From the NCBI GenBank assembly GCA_964057225.1, contig OZ059898.1:8804001-8868000 (forward strand): a DNA stretch of 64,000 nucleotides. Reading direction: 5' to 3'. The stretch is from Auanema rhodensis. Its lineage: Eukaryota > Animalia > Nematoda. Of this stretch, positions 29,571 through 43,900 are shown piece by piece (positions within the stretch are counted from its first letter, which is position 1; each line of letters starts with the position of its first letter). The position numbers and the translations under genes were made by a program. A model generated the notes under the pieces. It ran no database searches. It had not been told where the DNA came from and saw only the letters and a program-made list of their open reading frames with translations.

Positions 29571-30370
29571 ATGCCAACGAATATTCATTATATTTCTATA
29601 TACTTCATATTTTTCAATATATTGGTATACTTTTTTTTTTAAATTTTAGCTAAAATATTTATTTAAGTTTATTGTTTCTTCACAATCTACATGTACTGAT
29701 TTAGCTGTTTGTGCATTAGATAAATGTATAAATAATACAAATTATCTTGTATTACAACCACCTAAGGTAAATTATTTTATTTATTTATTTATTTATTATT
29801 TATAATTTTAATATATAATTATAATTATATTTAATATTAGATTATTCCTGATTTATTGAATAGAACGGATTTCTCATGTGTTCTTGGTAATGATTGTTTT
29901 AGATTCTGTGAGAATTGTGATTCGTGTTATAAATCACTTATAGAAGATAAATCAAAAGGTTAATATTCTTTTCAAATTTTAAATAAAATTATTTGAAGGA
30001 ATATATTGTCGTGATTTCAAAGAATGTGCTCAAAGTTGTATGAAAGAAAATGTTTGTTTAATTAATTATTATATTTGAATATATGTTATTCAATTTAGAG
30101 ATTAGATCCATTTCCCTGTATATTCCGTAAACGATGTATCAAATATTGTCTTGATGATATTAATTGCCCAAGTGGATATGATATGGTAAATACGTTTATT
30201 TTCTTTTTTTTTTACAAAAAACTTTGATATTACAATATAATTTTTTTTTATTTAAGATTCGTCGAATTTTTACTGGTTTTTGTTATCGTCGACAACTTCG
30301 CGAAGTCTTTCTTCAACCATGTAGAACGCTGTTTGATACTCTGGCATTGGATTACAGATTACGGCATTAA
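29571..30370 (+). CDS. secreted cysteine-rich nematode protein of unknown function
   Basis: Six short exons. Signal peptide followed by 17 Cys: CTDLAVCALDKC...CVLGNDCFRFCENCDSC...CRDFKECAQSC...PFPCIFRKRCIKYCLDDINCPSGYDMIRRIFTGFCYRRQLREVFLQPCRTLFD...RH*. Confidence 0.82.
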
Positions 30371-33300
30371 ACTAATTTTTTTGAAAAAAACTAAAATAAT
30401 ATTAAAATAAAATAAATAAATATATCAATAATTAATTAAATAAATATCATATTAAATTTGTTATATTTTTTCTAAAAATATATATAATATACTATATATA
30501 ATCCTATGTATAGGTCTCTAGAGATGATCCGATTGATCCGACCAGATTTATCTTCAGATAGTTCATTTACATTCTGAATTGAGAACAAAAAATATTAAAT
30601 TTATTGTTTTAAATTTCAAAAAATTATCTAATTTATTGGCATCTGTATTCAATTTTTATGTTTCTTTCTTTATAAACTTGAGACTTTATTTGCGTAATAA
30701 ACTGTTATTAGTTCATGTGCTCATGACTCAGCAATTCGAAAATAGTTTATTTTCAATTCAAAATAAACATAAGATATAAAATTTCTGTAAAAAAAGCTTT
30801 TTGTTTAAAATCTCAACACGGTAGTTTGTGAAATCTGGTTGAATTTCATTTAGTTTCTTTTCAACTTGTTGCAAATCAAACTTTTTTTTTCTTCAAATTT
30901 TAGCTATGTGGCTATATAAATCTCAAATATTCAATATATGTATTATCTTTTCAACTTTGAATACAAAAAATGAACAATTTCTCGGTAGAATACTCATGTA
31001 TTCTTGTTTGAGATGCATATGAGGTTAAATGACTTTGAGATTCAACAAACTCAGGTCAATTGCCATTTTCTCATTTTTTCGCAACAACTTTTTAAGTTTT
31101 TCGGTAGAATGATTCATTTTTTTCAAGAACCAGAGGTCATTTGACTTGTCACGACCTCAAGAATATCAAAGGACAAACTTTTCCTTTCGCCAATGGCAAA
31201 AATAACCAGCTGACGATGTTTCAGCTCGTTCAACATTGTGTCAGATCGGCTTCTCATATTCCTTTCTTTACATCCAAATGTATCTTGTAACATCATCTGA
31301 TTTTCCATTTTCTATTTCATCAAACTATTTTAAAATTTCCTTAAATGAAAAAAAAAATACTTTCCTTATTTCTTTTAAGCAAACGAAATTTTTCACACAG
31401 CTAAGAGCTTCCTCAACGGCTGTTCAAATGTTCAATGAACCTAGTTTACGTGAACATTCTCACGTCAAATCAAAATGATTTATTTTTTGATTTTAAGATG
31501 CCTTAAACGGTTGCTTCTTTTCTCTTCATATTTTATTTACTAAATAATTTATTGTTATACAATTGCTATTTATTATTTTTCTTTAAAAATAATTTTAATA
31601 ATTATATAAAATTAATAAAAATTAAATTAAATTTGAAATATATTTGAAATAATATAGAAGTATTTCATTAAGTTTCGTGTTAGGTAAACGTAACTGTATA
31701 CATGAGGATACCAGACAACAGTGGTTTACAAGAAATCTGCACCAGTTTGTGCAGATGTTGATAGGTCTTCAATTCGGGAGGACTGCCTTTCAATCTAATC
31801 TTTCTTTGTCATCTTTCACTGTCAAACTGTTGGGGCTTGTCGACATTAAATGACAACGTTCCTTTTCATAACGTTTTCTTATTCAATATTTTCATTTTTT
31901 AAATTTTATTTTTACATATATTAAATAATTAAATACATATAGTATATATAGTATATATTATATTAATTATCATAAAACTTTTTACTTTTTTTGATTAACT
32001 CAACTAATATTCAAATTGATTATCTTTTCATTTTCTTGGTTGAAAAATTGTTTTTTTTCTTCCAAAGCTAAACAACAATATGAATTATCTGATCATAGAA
32101 GTTTATTTTCTTAGAAATAGAATATTATCATTTCGTTTTTTTTTCAATTCCAACCTCGTTTCAAACTCAAGAAACTTTGCACTTCACATTGTTTTTAATT
32201 AATCAATTGAACAAACTAAATAAATTCACGGAAGCAATTTTCTTAGTGAGTTGTCGTCCAAAATTTAAATTCTTTTTACAATATTTATACAAAATAAATA
32301 ATTATATAATTATATGTTTATACATACATATATGTTATAAATAGATATATTGTATTATATTTATAGCTTTAGATTAAATATTAAGAATATATCTATAAAT
32401 AATTTGCTTTTTCGGTAGTCTTTTTCTTATAAAAAGAAAAAAAAATAGATGTGTGATTCATCGGTTTCGGACTTAGCTTTTCCCTTTTTTTAATGTAAAT
32501 AGAGAAATGTTAGAGCAAAAGGGGGCTCTACATTGTCGAGATTAGTTGAACAAGAAAGAAGCGATGACGATAAGTTCAGATAGTTACGAATCCTCTGGTA
32601 CATTATGGCCGATTTTCCGCAATGCCTTGTTGATTGAAAAGAAGCAGTCATCAACCTCAGTGAAACTAAAAGAATAGTAACAGTATTGGTTTTGTTTTTT
32701 ATTTTTTTTTCCAAAAAATGTTTTTTTCCATTAAACTGGCTTCTAATCAAGTTAATCTTATCTGATATACACTACTCCCATTGTAATAAACTTGTATTTA
32801 AAAGCTTTAACCTCTATTCTGAACTTTTTTCCATTTCATACTTAATTTTCCGGAAAAATTATGTTAATTCTATGAATCATATGATGTTTCTTAATCATTC
32901 TTCTTTTATTCCTTCCAAATTTTGGAAATATAGGAAACTTTAGAAAACTTTTCCTTCTTATTCTTAGACTATTTGATCTACTTGTATAAAAAATGATATG
33001 CAATTTTACTCCAATCGTATTAAGTTACAAAGTCCTGAAAACTAAGATGATCAATTCAAAAGTCTGCTAGCTATTCTTCAAACATTTCCAATTTTTCAAA
33101 AAAGAAATGTTATTTCAAACTTGAAATAATTTTCAAAAAAAAATGAAAAAGTTTCATGATTATCTAATTTATTTTACAATTTATCTTTATTTATTTATTT
33201 TAATTTCTTTTTATTAATATTATATTAAATATTATTACTATTTTTTTGTTTTGATATATTTAAATGAATATATTCTATCATTTTTTATTCTAATCTTGGA

Positions 33301-33648
33301 CATTTATCTTAAAGCATTAAAGTATATTTGAACTAACAATGCAACTGCGAATTGACACAACAGGTGTTCGTCGATAGGTGCACACATCTCTTCCCAAGGA
33401 TCAAACAGACACAACTCGGCCTTAAGATTTTTTTAAACCTGAACCTTTGTGAACGGAGGTATCTTCGATATCCAAAACGATTTCTCTTTTATATTTGGTG
33501 CATAATCTCGTTTTCATTGTTTTACGTTCAATTCAATACATCAAAATAATTTTTTTCGCCCAATTTGTTTCAGATCATATTGAATCATTTGTGTACAAGT
33601 GTGATATGTACAAATAGAAATCTGAAGATATTATAAGTAAAGTTAACT

Positions 33649-36600
33649 ATGCAATTTTCTGCGGGTTTACTATTATTTTCCTTCCTATTTTTCTCCAGTT
33701 CTCTTGCCAAATCACCGTAAGTTCTTTTTTTTTCTATCAAAAGTATCCGTTTGAAATATATTCTTTAATCCAGTAATGCTATATCCAATTTCAGGGTTCC
33801 TTTTGTTGTACTTCCATCATTTTTCCGTTTAAATGCAACAAATTCCTTAACGATAACACCCGTTAAGGTTTTTTTTAAAAATATTAATGAAATGAAAAAA
33901 ATTGAAATTTAAGGAATCATCTTCTATTCAATTAGTTGATATTGATGTTCGAGTATATGAAAATATAAGAAATTCACGACAAAATGAAATATTTTCAGTA
34001 AAATTAAGAGCAAAAAAAGCAGGTAAAATCTATTTCATTTATATAATTAATAATAATTAATTATTATTTAGGAGCAGCACATACAGTTAAAATTGATATC
34101 AAACCATCAGTATCAGATACAGTTGATATATTAATATCTGTTGAAAGACATTCAAAGTTTGAAACAAAATTAATGGTGAAACCGGATTTATCAGCTATTC
34201 ATATTCATACTGATAAAGGAATATATAGAGCTGGAGAGAAAGGTTTAATCATATATTCCTTATCTCAAATATCTATTCCGTACTTCATGTTTTAGTTAAT
34301 CTTCGTGTGTTACCACTCACTTACTCTGGAACAATTTATCAAAATGCTATTGAAGTTGCACTTGTTAATCCAGATCGCTTTGAGTTAATTCGAAAAACAG
34401 TTGTAGCTACTGATAACTATGCTTCTTCTGATTTTGAATTACCTGATCATCTCTTTTACGGTGAATGGAGAGTTATAGCTCGTCCTATAGGAAGTAGGGA
34501 AAATGATTTATCATACGATACAACATTTACAGTTGGAGATTACGGTAAATTTCTTCTTCTTTACTATATGTTAATTCTGTGTATGTAAACAATAATATTT
34601 TTTATAGAATTACCACCATTTAAAATTTCTGTTGCAATAGAAGAAGGTGATCCACTTACCGCTTCACGCTTTACTATTGATGTCAAGTTCGTTTACTATT
34701 TCGAGTTTTTTTCCCAATTTCTTTACTATATATTAGAATTTTATAAATTTTTTAAGATATTTCCATGGGTCTCCAGTTAATGGTACTTTAGCCATATATT
34801 GTTCTCAATCAAACAAGAATAATCAAACTAATCCTGCGCCACAAACTACACCAATTAAACAATCACAAGTACGTTAATTTAATTATATTTCTATCAAAAA
34901 TATCAAATTTGAACAATTTTAATTTAAAAAAATTTATATATATATATATACATATCTATGAACAAATTTTAAATATTATTAATAAAAAGAAAACATTGAG
35001 ATCTACATTTATACTTATCTTCTTGACTTTCGACGTTCAAATCCATATAGAATCGGGTTTAAAACAGAATTAACCACTATCAGATCTTCTAAAAAGTTCC
35101 CACCATAGTCTGATAACGAGTTAAAAGCTGTTTCATCAATAAATCTAAAAAAAATAAAAATCAATATTAATTTAATATAAATAAATAATAATAATAAATA
35201 AATCAAATCCCTCTAATAGATCAGGTTTGAATTATTTCTTTTGATTTAACACTGATGACTAAATACAGAATGTAGTTTGAAATATTTTTCTAATCCACAA
35301 AGCCCATTAAGCCGATAGCTTCGTACGGGGCTTTACCTTAAGATTGGTATCAAACTAATAATTTTAATTTGGACTGTTCTGTTAAAACTAAAGACTTTCA
35401 TGTATTCTAAACCACTTGATGTAAAGTTTTCATATAATCTATTATATAATGAACTCTCTACTTTGAGCTCTGATTCATTCATTGCTCAAAACATTTTTTC
35501 TTTAGATTTTCGCACAAATCTTATAATTAGAAAAAAAAAAACTTCATACATGTATGTATATGTAAATAATTAAAAATATACATAACTAGACTATTTATTA
35601 TATTAGATAGAAGGGTTGTGTATATGAAATGTTGTTTTCATTTGAATATTGGTTTGACGTGATTTTCACGTAAATTTCATATTCCTATTTCTCATTTTCA
35701 CATATGGGTGTAGTCATTGAACGGTTGCGATTTATTATCTCATACATATATATATATATGAAATTCATATACATATATATATGTATATATTATTTTCTTA
35801 GAAATATGGTTTTTTTATTTTATAAAAATGAATATAGAATAGTATTCATTAACTATATATATATTTTTTTTTATTATGGTTAAATAGTGAGAAACAACAA
35901 CTAACCTTAATGTAGCTAACGCATTATATGGTAACCAAAGTGCTATATGAGCTGCAATAACAGCCATTGCACTTCGAAATACTCGTGATCGTAATTGGCG
36001 ACGCCATGTAGGTAAACTACGACATCGATGAAGTCCTATAAAGAAGCCATTATCACTGTTACGTCATTTAAGAAAAAAAAAAGTTCGTATGTAGGATAAA
36101 CTAGGTTTAGAGATTAAAACATTTAATCCATCTATAGATAAATTAAAATATTTGAAGTATTTTCAGCTTTTTTTTTCGCAAATTAAGATTATACGTAATT
36201 ATTGAATGTATGTAGTTTAATATATTAGAGTTTAGTTTCATATTAGAATTATCTATATGAATATTTAATCATTTTGAGTACAGTATACCAGTTGAATATT
36301 TTTTTTTTTGTCTTCTATACTCAAATATTTTATTTAAATGCATTTACACATAGATTTTCATATCTATATAATATATAAAAAAAGAAATTCTTTATATTTT
36401 ATTTCTTTTATGTTATCAGAAAAAAAAGAATATCCAATGTCTTTGTAGGATATTTTGTTCTAAATCTTATGAGATCATTTAACTATGTGATTTGATGAAA
36501 GTCAGCATAGTTTATTTTAACTTTATTGTTACTATTCTAAATATAATTAGGAAACCTAACAATGTTTGGTAACAAAAAAAAATTTCTTTTTTTTTTTGTG

Positions 36601-39044
36601 GGCGTTGAATATCAACAAAGCGTAACATCATGCATACATATACTATGTATATATCTCTTTATATATATAACTATATGCATATAGTTAGTTATATATATAT
36701 ATGTATAAGTTAACTAATATATATACATAGTTAACAGAATGTCATTAACTTTTATATAATCATATTCGGAATGATATTTTATATTTCAAAAATGAAAAAA
36801 AGCAATCAGGTAATAAGAATAAGAAGTGAAATTAAAGTCAATTTTATTATATTTTACTATAAGTTGCTTTTGAATTATCCATATGTATACATGTGTATGC
36901 GTGATAATTTTAAAGAAAAAAATTACTTTACATACCTTGTCCATGAGTTGGATTAGATTTCTTATAATCCGAATATTCTGCTGATGATGCAACAATAGAC
37001 TGAAATGCTGACCATTTATTCTTTTTTTTTAATTTTCCTGAAGGTGATAACATCACGTCCTGTGATGATGAATTTTCGGTTCTATAAAATAAGAAAATGA
37101 ATGATATTTCGAAAAATTTAAAGAAGCAACTTACCGATGTTCATAATCATTACTTCGAATAACACGAACAGCTTCTTTTGTTCGAATTGTATAATGAATA
37201 AGTTTAAATATAATTAACATATAACATATAGCTATAATGAAGACCGGTAACCAGAAGACATTGGCTTGATGAAATGCTTCATATGTCATTGCTAATGTTT
37301 CATGATCAACACCAAAATATACAGATTCATTGCTGTTATCATACTGCAAATTTGTATTTTATTAAGTTATAGTAATATTTTGAATTTTATATTTTACGAT
37401 GTTTCACAAAAACTCTTTTGTATTTGATTGAATCATCAAGCACAAGCATGCATCTCGTTGAAATTCAATTTTGATAATATTCTAATAATTCTTGGAAGGG
37501 AACACACGGAAGAAAATTTCGTTTTCAAATTCACAACCTAATTTGCTTTTAAAAGAGAAAAGGAAAAATTTTCAAAACTTCCATTTTAAATTTTGTAAAA
37601 CGAACTTTAACGGACATCAAGATACTAAATGTTCTTATTATTTGCAAATGTTTCTTCTTTAAAAAGTCAACATGCAAACATTTTCAAGAATTAAAGATCG
37701 TTCATATAAATTTCAACTGACCGACAGAATGTTAACACATTGATGCCAGTCATCTCTTATTTCTACGCTTCTCCATAATATTGCTTGAGGAATGCTACAC
37801 AACGCAGCTAATGTCCATGCTGTACAAAGCATCAGACGTACTCTTCGCACGGAAGTAGCTCCTGCAAAACCAAACTTTCTCATTAGTTTCTATTCTATTT
37901 CACATGAGAAGATGCTCCAAGATCAAACTACGTTTGCTTTTTTTCATTTCAACTCTCATCATATATTCTTCATTGAAATTCAAAGGAAGTAAATTGTTCA
38001 AAATAAGCTTTACCTTGCAAATGTCTTGTATAGACAACTTTAAGACGATCTAATGCTATGGCAACTATGATATTAGAATGAGCGTAAAAACCAAATACAG
38101 AGAAGAATTGATACAAACGACATCCTATATCCCCGAGTCTCCATCTATAGGTGATTAACCATACAATCTATATACTATATAATTATTCATTAATATATAA
38201 TAAAAATACCTTTCCTAAAGAATAAAAACATAAAATAAAGAAATCACTTATACATAAATTCAATTTGAATAATGTAAAAGAATTTAACTGATATGGTCCA
38301 GTAGAAAAACTTGTACGAACTGTTGGTTGTCTGAAAATAAGGTGATTTCATTTCTTATTCTTTTCTTTTTCTACTTTCGACTTATGTCTATAAAAATAGT
38401 ATTTGAGTGGAATATTTATAAACCAAAAAAGGAAAACGTTTTAGACATTTTTGGATCAATCCATCAGCGTTGAAGCATACTCGGAAAAATAAAAAATTGT
38501 TTACAGCAGTAAAAAACTATTGACCTCACAACTGATTTTTTAAAGTTTTCATTCAAGCTTTAATTAATATAAATATATTTCTCTTTGAAATTTTTCTATT
38601 TTTTTATGTTTTTAATGTAAAACATTTAATATTATGGAAACTTCTACTATAAGTTTATATAAAAATAAACAAAAACCAAACAAACCTTGAACTTGTAAGA
38701 ATTTGAGTTAATAATATAACATTCAAAACAACAGCAACTGCTGTCATAATAGATAGAAATACAACTTCAAAATCATCTACATTTCGACGTGTAGGTATGA
38801 ACTCTGAATTCATCGACGAAATATCCAGCTCGTCCGATTGTGTCAGAACTTTCGTCTGTCGAATGTTCTGTGTGAGAAATTGTTTTCAAATGTCACAATT
38901 ATTTTTCCTGAAAACGCAAATCAGCAAACTCAGAGATTGTAATTCTGATCGAAACGAAAAAATAACTTAAAATTGAATAAGATAATACATAATGAAAGAA
39001 ATATAAAAAGAAGTCGGAAAGTAATGCTTTTGCTGATCATAAGT

Positions 39045-39105
<61 letters not shown>

Positions 39106-40892
39106 AAGAGAGAGAAGGGGGGGGGGTTGGAAGAATACCATAAAGAGAGAAGAAGACAAGAGTAGAAGATAGATGAAGCCAGAAGCGAATATGGAGTGAA
39201 TAAATTAGTTAGTACATCATATAAAGAACCTATCAAGACAAATAACGAAATAGAAAAGAACGTTATTGTCTAAGCATTAAAATAAAAAATCATAAAATAA
39301 TGAGAGAAATATAAGTATTTAAAAGAAAAAAAAGAAAGAAAAGTATTATATTTCATGGTTTAAATTAATTTTAAACATTTTACATTTATTTAATGAACTG
39401 ATCAAATTAGATTATTTCTCACACAATTTTACTCTGAATTAACTCTATTTCCTCACCTCCTCACTCTTAACCAACCTCTCTTGTTCACTTCTCTCACTCT
39501 CCATTCATACATTCGTTCACCATTTTATCCCTCATCTGCTTTTTCAAACAAAAATGAGTTATTTTCTGTTACCCTCCTAAATACCAAACAGAGAGTCAAT
39601 TTCATCTATTACTTATAAGATTACAAAGACTTTTTTAAATGAATTTTCATAGTGGGTAGTAGTTTAATGAATACAAATAAAAGATTAATATAAATAAATA
39701 TATATATTCATTGAATATTGAATGAAAACTTTAGAAAAAACTTGTATATACATGTATATACAGTTATTTTAGATGTTAAATGGAGATTAAAATTAAATAA
39801 AATGAAATAAAAACATCAAGTTGTAGACTATAATAAGTAGAGTAAGTTCAGCATTTTTTTCTCCTACTGCTATGTCTTCAAAAACAAATATTTTAATCAA
39901 AAAAACATGGATATTCAACCGAATTGATAAGTCAATGCAACTTGAAATAACAAATCGCTCACGCTATTCACGTGAATTACTTCAAGCTTGAATCGCTAGG
40001 ATGAAAAAAAAACTAAAATTCCTGCGTAAGTGAAAGTGCGTGGAATTTGAAACTGAAGAATAAAATCAATTTGAATTCTTCTTTTTTTTTCTGTCAATGA
40101 TGCTTCTAATAGAAGTATTTGAAAGTTTAATGTTGAGCTAGAAATCAGTTAACTATATGCATAAGGGGCTAGAGGAAGTAACAGGCTTTTACTTTAAGAA
40201 TTTGAAAGGCTAAGTATATGAAAATCATAGATATATTTGAATGAGATGGGCGGAGACTAACGCATAAGCTTCCGGAAAAGCTTAAAGATTACCTTCTAGA
40301 CTACAGCAACATGTACATTTAACTTTGAAAACTAAATTTTCTTACAAAAGTTTAATTCCAAATATTGAAAGTAATTTGGTCTTTACAATGAATATAAGCA
40401 CGTGGTGCTAGGGTTCAACTAGGACTAAGCCAACAATTTGTTTTGAATATCAAATAATAAAAGTGAATATAAAAGTATAATTTATATAATTGGTTTAAAG
40501 TTTATAATGAAATAATTATATACATGAATACGTATATATATATTGACTATTTTTTTATTATAAACAATTAATTGATGCTTATTATTAGAGAATTCTATTG
40601 AACATCCTCACAAACTATTTCTTTTTTCTTTTTTTTTTAATATTTAAACTTTCACTAAACATATATTTATATTCATATAATTAACTATATATGAATATAA
40701 ATATATTGATATTAATTATTATTAATAAATTTACAAATATTTTTGTTGGCTTATCAAAATATTTCTGATCGTAATTCCCCCTATGTAATTTCATTTTGTT
40801 TTTTTAAACAAAATCTGAAAACTACAACCCTGTTTAACAGATATTCATGATCCTACTGATATTCTTAGCCTATGACTCTTTATTGCCAGAAT

Positions 40893-40974
<82 letters not shown>

Positions 40975-43900
40975 TTATATATATATATATTTATCTCTCC
41001 TACCCTTTCTATCTTTTTCTTTCTTTCTCTATATTTTAATCCAATACACCACGATCTCATACGAATTAAACGAAAACTAACTGAAAAGACAATATAGTGA
41101 CGAATGGACTTACGTATAAGCTATACATATATGTATATGTATGCTTTCAGTGCATGTACATATTAGCATTTGAAATGAATAAAACAATTCAAAAACAATT
41201 AGTTAACGATTAAATTATATAATAAATATAAATTAATATATTTCTTTAATTATTTTGAAAAAAATATAAATATAAGTTTTTTTATATATATATATATATA
41301 TATTATATATTAATTATACATACATATAGATATATATATTTTATAGAATTTAAACTATGAACTTTTCATAAAGTTTGATGTTTTCTTCATGTTTCAATGA
41401 CCTAATGTTTATTTCAAATATATTATAATAATATATAATATATGAGAAAAAAGTCAGAAACATAAATATCAAAACTGACAGAAAGACAATGTTCTTTGCA
41501 TTATCAAGACATCTACATGATAATTTGCTTTCCGATAAAATGGCTTAACTAACATTCACCTCTTTGTCAAAACATTAACAATCAATTAATTTAGTGAGGA
41601 ATATACTTAATTTGTCCTTTTTTTTGCAACTTTTTAAACAAAAAATCTGCAAGAAAACAAAATTTGGAATATGAAGTTTATGAAGCATGTAGTTCCAATA
41701 TTGTATTTTTTTAATAGATTGGTGATGCTTTGCACGAAACTTTTTGAACTTTCAACAATGAATAGAAAAAAGAATAATTTTTCTTTGCAATGATTCAGTT
41801 TTGTTTCCTTTTCGTTTTCTTTTTTTCCTGTTTCTTTTGAAAAAATTAAGAGTTGTGGTGTGAATCTTCATTTACATCTGGCATCATTTAATTGGTTCGC
41901 AGAAATTCTTCCTGATCTCATGTCAAAAAAGAAGATTTCCCTCAATTTTAAATATATTTAATTTGAATTTGAATAAAATATAAAAAATAATTTCAATGAC
42001 TAAAAATTATTTTAAAAAAAGTAAAAAGAAAGAGGAGAAAATTGAACTACATATTGAACTAAACTATATAGAAATTAGATGTTCTTATAGAACTTCAAAC
42101 AGTGTATTTCATTATATTATATTAAATATTGATAATGCGTCAGCTAGTAAAAGATGAAAAGAGACGAAAAGAAAAAGAAAACTAAAAGCCATTTACCAGA
42201 AAAAAAAATATGAAAATGAAACATCAGAATGGTGAGAAAGAAAGATGAAAATATAGACAAAAGGCTTCAAAGTTGGGAAGTTTCAATGACGTCTTATATT
42301 CAGAAGATTTTTTTAATTCTGATCTGGATGATTTAATAAAATTAAATTTGATGGAATAAAACCGTTTGTCCGAAAAATCAAAGCAGGAATTAGAAAGAGG
42401 ATTTGGAGATATCATTTGAAAACGTAGGATTATACTAGAAAAACACATCGTTTGTTGCTTGAAAAACGGATTTAATATGACCAACTCATATTACAATATA
42501 CATATATTTGTGCTTTTTTTCCAACTTTAGATAAGAATTGTAACATTTTTCGGAAGGGGAAAACGTTGAAATGATGAAGTTTCATTGTAATATTTCGCTA
42601 ATTTCAATGTTTTTTGGATTGGATATTATGATTTAACAGTACAACAATCTGTTTAAACGTATATAAACTTTTGTCATTTTGCCAACTAAAACGAAATATA
42701 AGTTCAACTAATAACTCTTTTATAAAATATTTGAATAAAAATTAAAAATTAAGCTTTATTTCATGTTTAAACTTTGATAATAGTTTTAGCATTTGAAATA
42801 GAAAATGAGATAGAAAAAGAGAAAAATATATAAATTATATGAATATAAGAATAATATAACTTATTTCATACTTCTTACTACTAATATTATACATATAATA
42901 TACATACATATGAGAATATAGAAGAAGAAGTTTCCAAACATTCACTCAAAGATATTTTTCCGTTTTTTGACGAATATTTAGAAATTTTATTACTTGAATA
43001 ATAGAAAAAATACGAACGAATTTGCTTAGTTTATCAAAATTTGTCTTTGTGAATAAGGAAAAAAGTTTTTTAATCTTCAGAAAAGAGAATTGTGTTGTAA
43101 GTGTAGTTCTAGGTTTTTCATAATAACTATTATAATTTAATAAAAAAACTAAAAAAAAAAATATATATATATAGAATAATATATTATATATAAAATAAAT
43201 ACATATGTATACATATACTATATGATATAATTAAATAAAGGAAGATTTTTGGAAAATCTTGTTTCCCAGTATATAGATGTATTTTCTATATATTTTGAAT
43301 ATATCTATTGTATTAGAATATATATAAAATATTTTAGAAATATTTAATAATATATAAGAATTCTTAGAAGTTTTTTTATTGTTAAAATCATTCATTTATC
43401 CGATTTATAACTATAATCTTATCCGAATTAATATTTTAACAAATTCATGTGATATTTAAAGTGATTCATGATCCATAATTTGACTTGGGGGGGGGGAATT
43501 AGATTTTGAGCTACTTTTGCTTTAATTTCATCACTATCATCTGACTTTTTCTTTGTCGTCATCATCAGCATATGTATGTATATCCGTGTTATAATACTTT
43601 ATCTTTTTTTTTTTACTTTATTTTGTTATATACATATGAGGTTTAGGTTTATATAAGGTTTATAAACATTGAAGAATACGAGAAAGGTTGGAACATTTTC
43701 CCAAAACCACGAAAAACATGTTAAACTTTGAAACGAAACTCATATCATACGGATAATTCACTTTTGAATGTTTTTTTGAATTGCTTACTCATTCATTTTT
43801 CTGAGCTTTTAGCCCATCTCCTTCTTAATCTTAGTAAAAAAATATTCTCTCAATAAACAATAGGATAAATAGAAAAATATTTTTTTGTTGTAGTAAGATT

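Noticed and set aside
37395-37482. Apparent extra exon in the ECL2 intron of the first nested GPCR
   Set aside because: Stops in all frames before a good donor; the flanking exons join directly in phase 0.
38967-41080. ORFs with SLSLSL runs (38967-39236, 40847-41080; also 52430-52746, 15619-15921, 3677-3916, 5364-5684)
   Set aside because: Translations of CT/GA microsatellites and polypyrimidine tracts, with no splice or family support.
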